Source: a virus
Taxonomy: Duplodnaviria; Caudoviricetes
Reading direction: 5' to 3' (one strand)
IMG/VR virus record: IMGVR_UViG_3300012942_000016
Coordinates: 1 to 43,535 of that record
Length of the DNA: 43,535 bases
In this document: one piece after another, positions 38,485 to 43,535 of the stretch
Position numbering within the stretch: position 1 is the stretch's first letter
Layout: every line of letters begins with the position of its first letter
Notes under the pieces: generated by a model
The model's input: only the letters and a program-made list of their open reading frames with translations
Told to the model about the DNA's origin: nothing
Database searches by the model: none
Translations under genes and position numbers: made by a program

Positions 38485-38685
38485 AAACGAGGGCTTAAAT
38501 GCGTCGAGCAATTTCAGGGAAATTCCCTAAACGCGGAAAGAGCCGGAACGAAAGTAAGACTTTTTTCGTAGAAAAATCCCACACCACCACCCATACGCCC
38601 GAAAGTCTTGACCCTACCGGTATCCTACCTTATAGCTCTCAGAAACGTCCTCGAATCAGCCCTCATATCCCACTGCGATATCAGC

Positions 38686-38726
38686 TGTGGAAAACTATTG
38701 ACAGCGACAGCGACATAGTATAGGAT
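38686..38726 (+). promoter_or_regulatory. Promoter P3: inverted DnaA-box-like 9-mer plus TTGACA-17-TAGGAT with GCGACAGCGACA
   Basis: TGTGGAAAA 38686-38694; -35 at 38698-38703; -10 at 38721-38726. Confidence 0.8.
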
Positions 38727-38778
38727 AGGAGTACGTCGAGGGAAACCAAGACGATTAAGCAGCTAACAATTCCAGAAA

Positions 38779-38919
38779 ATGAGATACAGCGACATACCGG
38801 AAGCAGCACGCAAATATCACTTTTGGCGAGGCTTCACGAGTGCGGCAATCGTTCTAGTTCCTATCATCATCGTGCTCATCATCACGTGCGATATCGCGAT
38901 ACGCGCGATGGGCTATTAG
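38779..38919 (+). CDS. Small membrane protein (46 aa, not in the ORF track)
   Basis: MRYSDIPE...AAIVLVPIIIVLIITC. Confidence 0.55.
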   Translation: MRYSDIPEAARKYHFWRGFTSAAIVLVPIIIVLIITCDIAIRAMGY

Positions 38920-38940
38920 GAATCAATCGTATACATCGCT

Positions 38941-39225
38941 ATGGCAAAGGTAATAGATATAGAAAAGGGAGAGGACGGGAACAGCTATCGCATAGACTTC
39001 GGCAACGGGATGGTCTTATGGTTCGATACCTGGACCAATCCTGAGAACGGGTCCGATGGCGAGCATGATCTCATGGGGGATTGGAACAAGTACATATTCA
39101 ATCTCAATGACGCAAATGACGTGAGAATAAAGGAGTTTCAGGAAGCGCACAACGACGAGGCAGGAGCGTACAACTACGCAGCAGCGCTCGAAGCGTGCGA
39201 GGAGTATGAAAGTTCGCATCAATAA
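38941..39225 (+). CDS. Acidic hypothetical early protein
   Basis: 94-aa ORF. Confidence 0.7.
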   Translation: MAKVIDIEKGEDGNSYRIDFGNGMVLWFDTWTNPENGSDGEHDLMGDWNKYIFNLNDANDVRIKEFQEAHNDEAGAYNYAAALEACEEYESSHQ

Positions 39226-39243
39226 TCAGATAACCACGACATC

Positions 39244-39450
39244 ATGACAAAAAGAGACTTCGATCTTATCGCTCGCATCATCAGGGAAGTAGGCGACGAC
39301 GGCGTTCTTTGCATGGACGACGTGGACGACCGCATCACGCTCGCGCATCAGTTCGCTAGTGCGCTTGAAAAGACGAATCCTCGGTTCGATTCGGACCGAT
39401 TCATCGCTGCGGCCGTTAGCGGCGAGGATAAAGAAGAGGCATATGGCTAA
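39244..39450 (+). CDS. Hypothetical early protein
   Basis: MTKRDFDLIA...LA..L...NPRFDSDRF, a motif seen in small phage early proteins. Confidence 0.75.
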   Translation: MTKRDFDLIARIIREVGDDGVLCMDDVDDRITLAHQFASALEKTNPRFDSDRFIAAAVSGEDKEEAYG

Positions 39451-39682
39451 GACAAGCACGTTCCTCATCATGACTCAGAAAGGCAAAGAGGCCGTTATGC
39501 GGCTCCCTGTGGGGAAATACGGGAGGATAACGCCGAAAGGCCTGAAGAACGTCGACCGCCGGTTCTTCGACGGCGCGACCGGCACCTACGACCGTCTCGC
39601 GTACGCGCTCAACATCGAAGCGTACAGCAACGGGCGCGAGCTGAAAGAGGCGATTGAGAGATATCTCATGAATATCCTTTAG
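39443..39682 (+). CDS. Hypothetical early protein
   Basis: Start MAKTST overlaps the previous stop. Confidence 0.6.
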   Translation: MAKTSTFLIMTQKGKEAVMRLPVGKYGRITPKGLKNVDRRFFDGATGTYDRLAYALNIEAYSNGRELKEAIERYLMNIL

Positions 39683-39707
39683 CATCTATCACTTAACTTC
39701 ACGACCT

Positions 39708-39893
39708 ATGGAAATGAACCTCAGCGAATTGCAGCAAAAGGCATTGCACGCACCGTGCCCGCGCTGTGGCGGGACGATGGAAGAGATGGGCGATATGGGC
39801 GATTACGACCATGACCTGGTCGCGTGCGCGGGAGACAGCGGCGAACCGTGCGACTTTGTGCTCTTCTGGGACGGCTCGACGATGGACGATTAA
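39708..39893 (+). CDS. Small zinc-ribbon protein
   Basis: CPRCGG...C......CDF. Confidence 0.6.
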   Translation: MEMNLSELQQKALHAPCPRCGGTMEEMGDMGDYDHDLVACAGDSGEPCDFVLFWDGSTMDD

Positions 39894-39912
39894 CAGCATC
39901 ACAATCATTACT

Positions 39913-40362
39913 ATGAAAACGAACACGGGCACCATGACCAAGAAAGAGAAAATAGAGAGTCTCGAAAGCGCGATGACGCACAGCATGCGCGATGATGGCG
40001 TAAGGTTTTATCACTTCGCGAGCGACGCGCCCGCCACGCTTCAACGCGTCTATCTCGACCACTACGAAGTGCGAGACCTCGATTATCAGATATTCAACGA
40101 GGCATGCGATATCGTCTCTGAGATATATGAGTCTGACCCCACGCAAGAGGAAGCCGAACAGGAGATATACGAGCAGGCATCCGATACCGCTTCCATATAT
40201 ACGGAAGACCGGCTCGCCTATCTCAATGTCTTCAACGAGGAAGACATAAGCGACACCATGCGCGAGTACGGCATACGCTCGATAGCCGATGCGTGCGCAA
40301 TCTGGTACGACCGGCAAGTCGAGCAGGCGGCCATCCTTATCAACGAGTGGATTAACGAATAG
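39913..40362 (+). CDS. Ocr (T7 gp0.3)-like acidic DNA-mimic candidate
   Basis: Strongly acidic and helical; EQEIYEQASDTASIYTEDRLAYL resembles Ocr [22 protein letters not shown]. Confidence 0.55.
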   Translation: MKTNTGTMTKKEKIESLESAMTHSMRDDGVRFYHFASDAPATLQRVYLDHYEVRDLDYQIFNEACDIVSEIYESDPTQEEAEQEIYEQASDTASIYTEDRLAYLNVFNEEDISDTMREYGIRSIADACAIWYDRQVEQAAILINEWINE

Positions 40363-40366
40363 ATGT

Positions 40367-40672
40367 ATGAAGACCTATCACACGTTCAAGAACGAGGATA
40401 CGTTCCAGAAGTACCTACGGACGAAGCACGGCGCATGCGCGGCAGCGGGCAAGCACGGAGGCTGCGTGGATTATGTGCGCGTCGCGGGCGTGCTCTACAC
40501 GATGCACGAGTTCGACAGTGCGGGGCGCACCATCACGTGGGCGAACAAGAAGCGCAACATGATGATGGAGATGACGACCACGGACCGGTATGCCGACCAC
40601 GGCTACGACGATGCGGTGATTGACATCTATCCGGCGTCATACCTGCGCACCGATATCAGCTATGCCGAGTAA
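40367..40672 (+). CDS. Hypothetical early protein
   Basis: Start MKTYHTF, 4 nt after the previous stop. Confidence 0.65.
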   Translation: MKTYHTFKNEDTFQKYLRTKHGACAAAGKHGGCVDYVRVAGVLYTMHEFDSAGRTITWANKKRNMMMEMTTTDRYADHGYDDAVIDIYPASYLRTDISYAE

Positions 40673-40676
40673 GCGT

Positions 40677-40835
40677 ATGAAGAAGGAGACGAAGCAGTTC
40701 ATCGAGTCCTTGTTTGAGTTCTACATGCACAGTCCGAGCGGGCAGGAGCCGGAGAACAGGGCTGCGCTCGACGCGGCATGGGACGACCTCGAAACGGTCG
40801 CGCTTGACAGAGAGGATAGCGAGACACGGATATGA
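40677..40835 (+). CDS. Hypothetical early protein
   Basis: MKKETKQF...; stop overlaps the next ATG. Confidence 0.55.
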   Translation: MKKETKQFIESLFEFYMHSPSGQEPENRAALDAAWDDLETVALDREDSETRI

Positions 40836-41047
40836 AGACGAAAGACGCCATCACCTACGCGTTCGGCACGCTCGTGCTCGCGAGCTTCCTCGCGATAGCG
40901 GACATCATGACCGGCATACGGGACGCAGAGCAACAGGTCGCGAACAACATCCTGTGCGTGAGCGAGCCATCATACGGCTCCTGCGACCGGAGCGCGTACA
41001 TCGGAACGGGCGACAGGGGCGCATCCGCGCTGCTTACGGTAGAGTGA
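40832..41047 (+). CDS. Small membrane-anchored protein
   Basis: N-terminal hydrophobic helix and two Cys. Confidence 0.6.
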   Translation: MKTKDAITYAFGTLVLASFLAIADIMTGIRDAEQQVANNILCVSEPSYGSCDRSAYIGTGDRGASALLTVE

Positions 41048-41049
41048 TT

Positions 41050-41466
41050 ATGAAGGACAATTATACGCACCTAACAGACCAGACCATGACCTATACACGG
41101 TATACTTACGAAGACATGACACGTATCGCTCTAGCGTGCGCGGTCGCTGCGCTCATCGCGCTCATGCTGCTCCCTGCGCGCACCCATGCCATGACGGGAT
41201 GCAATTACGGCGGTGAATGCCGGTATCAGTACGGAGCGTCGAGCGCGGCACAGGAAGCGGCAGCGATACGCAAGATGCAGATGCTCGAAAGCGATGCGCC
41301 GGACGTGCTCGTGTTCCCTCAGCTCCGCATCGGTACCGGCACGGACGCAATCGCCACCTCGACCGATATCAGCCAACTCACGCGCGCGCAGAAGCGGGCG
41401 CTCATCAAGAAACTCGAAAAGCGGATGAAAGGGATCCGTGCGGAGATCAAGGAGCTTAAAAAGTAG
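41050..41466 (+). CDS. Secreted/membrane protein with a C-terminal coiled coil
   Basis: RIALACAVAALIALMLLPARTHA is signal-peptide-like; basic coiled-coil end. Confidence 0.6.
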   Translation: MKDNYTHLTDQTMTYTRYTYEDMTRIALACAVAALIALMLLPARTHAMTGCNYGGECRYQYGASSAAQEAAAIRKMQMLESDAPDVLVFPQLRIGTGTDAIATSTDISQLTRAQKRALIKKLEKRMKGIRAEIKELKK

Positions 41467-41573
41467 CGTATGTGGGAAGACATCATCATCGCTGCCATCA
41501 TCGTCATCATCATACTCATATGGCTATGGAACTAGGGAATCAATCCTCTTTCACGGGTGATATACCAGGTGAG

Positions 41574-41762
41574 ATGAAGCTTATGAATGGTAGGATGCGC
41601 ACCTACTTCATGCGATTCGAGCACTGGTTTGAAGGGAAGTTCATTGAGTTCGAGACGGTGTTAATCAAGGCAGCTTGCGCTTCTGATGCGTACAAGGACG
41701 CTGTGAACCGGTTCTATCGGCCGTCGGCATGGCAGCTCGTAAATATCAGTATTGTCGAGTGA
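41574..41762 (+). CDS. Hypothetical protein
   Basis: MKLMNGRMRTYFMRFEHW...; start uncertain. Confidence 0.5.
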   Translation: MKLMNGRMRTYFMRFEHWFEGKFIEFETVLIKAACASDAYKDAVNRFYRPSAWQLVNISIVE

Positions 41763-41852
41763 TATACTCCTAAGGTGCCGGTAGGGGTACCGGCACATTT
41801 TCAAGGGGAAAGGCTGGTAGTCCGTATGGTACGTCAAGACCCGCGGTGATAT

Positions 41853-41880
41853 GAAAAACGCCTCGTACGAGGCGTTTTTC
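41853..41880. terminator. Bidirectional intrinsic terminator
   Basis: Perfect 28-bp palindrome gaaaaacgcctcgtacgaggcgtttttc. Confidence 0.85.
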
Positions 41881-41900
41881 TGTGCACGCATGCGCGCGAC

Positions 41901-42086
41901 CTATTTGCCCTTGCGCAGATTGCGCAGTATCGCTCCTGCGACGCGCTCGCCTGCGGCTTTCGAGCCGTACTCCTTCGCCGCTTTCGAAGCGACGTTCGCG
42001 AATCCGGCGTTCTTGCCCGTGTTCGGCTTCCCGAGATCCTTTCCCGCTGCTGCGGCTTTCGCCGAGTATCCGTTGCTTTTTGCCAT
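41901..42086 (-). CDS. Small basic Ala/Gly/Lys-rich protein
   Basis: KAAKEYGSKAAGERVAGAIL; TATACT upstream and the terminator downstream. Confidence 0.75.
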   Translation of the reverse strand: MAKSNGYSAKAAAAGKDLGKPNTGKNAGFANVASKAAKEYGSKAAGERVAGAILRNLRKGK

Positions 42087-42204
42087 AAGAATTGCGTATT
42101 ACTTGTACGGTATAAGTATATGCCTGCGCGGTATCTGCCCTTTGCGCGAGGTGGATATCTGCCGTAGGGCGTATTTCGTCTCGAATACGTTCTACGGGGA
42201 AGAG

Positions 42205-42273
42205 TTATCCCCATCATGAACAGCTTATCCACTCCTTCCCTATTTGACCGACAGCGATGGCGACATGTATACT
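42205..42273 (+). promoter_or_regulatory. Promoter P4: two DnaA-box-like 9-mers plus TTGACC-18-TATACT with a degenerate GCGACA repeat
   Basis: TTATCCCCA 42205-42213 and TTATCCACT 42225-42233; -35 at 42244-42249; spacer gacagcgatggcgacatg; -10 at 42268-42273. Confidence 0.7.
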
Positions 42274-42347
42274 ATCACCACGGCGTCTCCGGAAGTCGTG
42301 CATGGCGGTAGTCCGCTACCTATCAAAAGATAACTATCAAATAACAT

Positions 42348-42986
42348 ATGGCATTCGAGAATCGAGAGGGCGGTAAGTATTTCACCATCTACCAGGGCAA
42401 GTTCACGGTGAAGGTGCCAGAAGGCACGCCAGGGGCGGTATCGCGCGTCAATAAGCTCGGCAACACGGTGCACGAGCTTCATCACGACTCGTTCACGGGA
42501 AAGCTCATGAATATCCGCACGCGCGATGGCGAATACGGCATGTCATGGGAGTTCGACTTCAAGGACGGTGGCCAGGTGTACACGCTGCAGCTCTCGTACA
42601 GCAACAGCTACGCGCTCAACATCCTTAAGATCCTGCCGAACGCGGACCTTGCGAAGGAAATGAAAGTGCAGCCTGCGCAGAAGATCGAGGACGGCAAGAC
42701 AAAATCGTCGCTCTTCATCTCGCAGGATGGCAAGACGCTGAAGCACGCGTACACGAAGGATAATCCGAACGGCTTGCCGCCGCTCGAAGAGAAGACGGTG
42801 CGCGGGCAGAAGGTGCTCGATGATACGGACCGGCTCGCCTTCCTCTACGAGATGGTGCAGACGGACATCCTTCCGAAGCTTCCGCGCGAGTCCTCTTCGG
42901 AGACGGCAGAGTCCGGCTCGCTCGAAGACGAGTTCGCGGACAGCGACCCGCTCGGTGGGCAGACGGACGAGGACAATGACTTTTAA
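42348..42986 (+). CDS. Putative single-stranded DNA-binding protein
   Basis: Beta-rich core with an acidic C-terminal tail ending DEDNDF; first gene of the replication operon. Confidence 0.6.
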   Translation: MAFENREGGKYFTIYQGKFTVKVPEGTPGAVSRVNKLGNTVHELHHDSFTGKLMNIRTRDGEYGMSWEFDFKDGGQVYTLQLSYSNSYALNILKILPNADLAKEMKVQPAQKIEDGKTKSSLFISQDGKTLKHAYTKDNPNGLPPLEEKTVRGQKVLDDTDRLAFLYEMVQTDILPKLPRESSSETAESGSLEDEFADSDPLGGQTDEDNDF

Positions 42987-43002
42987 TCGTTAGCACACAC
43001 GC

Positions 43003-43233
43003 ATGGACCGAGAATTGACCTACGGAGAGAAGGCGGTCGGACTTACGTCCAACCCGTCCAACGATCCGCTCGTGCAGGGAATCAAGGAGCAGTTCGCAGC
43101 GATCATAGATTCGCTCGACGCTCAGCGCAACGCCACCGACAACGGCGAGAAGAAGCGCATGTTCTCCGTCGCTATCACAGACGCGCAAACCGCTCAGATG
43201 TGGGCCGTGAAAGCAATTACTTACTCTAACTAA
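43003..43233 (+). CDS. Acb2/Tad1-like helical-hairpin protein (candidate cyclic-nucleotide sponge)
   Basis: NPS.D..V..IK...A.IID...R..SVAITDAQTAQMWAVKAIT. Confidence 0.6.
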   Translation: MDRELTYGEKAVGLTSNPSNDPLVQGIKEQFAAIIDSLDAQRNATDNGEKKRMFSVAITDAQTAQMWAVKAITYSN

Positions 43234-43240
43234 CCGGAGC

Positions 43241-43535
43241 ATGTCTGAAGTAGAAACTCAGAAGTACACCATCATCGGCCTCGTTGACGAGTTCGATGAG
43301 CAGGGCAATATCACCGGCCAGCTGCCGATCGGCTCCGTCCAGGAGCTTCCGGTCGAGATAGGGAATCCGGCAGTCGAGGACGGCCGCGCGGAGCTCTATG
43401 TCGAGGATGACCAGGATGAATCAAATCCTGAGCAGGATCCGCTTGACGATGATTCGGCAGGCTCGGACGATGAAGCGGATGGGAATGAATGGGATGAAGA
43501 TGACGACGGAGACGAGGACGAGGACAAGGACGATG
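43241..43535 (+). CDS. 5' part of the very acidic protein (continues through the junction to 161)
   Basis: MSEVETQKYTIIGLVDEFDEQG...; open to the end of the window. Confidence 0.8.
   Translation, partial: MSEVETQKYTIIGLVDEFDEQGNITGQLPIGSVQELPVEIGNPAVEDGRAELYVEDDQDESNPEQDPLDDDSAGSDDEADGNEWDEDDDGDEDEDKDD
43413..43535. repeat. Terminal repeat copy, identical to 1-123
   Basis: Exact match. Confidence 0.95.

Noticed and set aside
41770-42340. tRNA genes among the hairpins
   Set aside because: No cloverleaf with D and T-psi-C loop consensus could be drawn.

Overview
Apparently complete, circularly assembled genome of a tailed dsDNA phage: about 43,412 bp, with bases 1-123 identical to 43413-43535. 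It uses the standard genetic code, and I saw no integrase, tRNA or CRISPR array. The + strand arm (about 38.7 kb, across the junction, to 13.9 kb) carries small early and anti-defence-like genes (Ocr-like, Acb2/Tad1-like, a very acidic protein), an SSB-like protein, an AEP primase-SF3 helicase, a C5 DNA methyltransferase, an SF2 helicase, a papain-like/PG-binding endolysin, nucleases and regulators. The - strand arm (37.9 to 13.9 kb) carries TerS, TerL, portal, scaffold, major capsid, collagen-repeat fibre proteins, holins, a GT2-TPR glycosyltransferase and podovirus-type tail and ejection proteins. An iteron-rich putative origin (38.15-38.5 kb) sits between the divergent arms. Scarce Shine-Dalgarno sites, -10 boxes 6-7 nt from start codons and the small-gene families suggest a Patescibacteria (CPR)-type host; this is inference only. 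The most striking observation is the TerL intein, which has no in-frame endonuclease but encodes a complete HNH endonuclease in an overlapping -1 frame with its own extended -10 leaderless promoter. Also notable: four promoters sharing a GCGACA-repeat spacer and an upstream DnaA-box-like 9-mer, a collagen-repeat plus glycosyltransferase module, an 8-bp VNTR that fuses two genes, and a 14-nt complement of the 16S rRNA 3' end at a stop codon. All product calls come from motif recognition by eye, not database searches.
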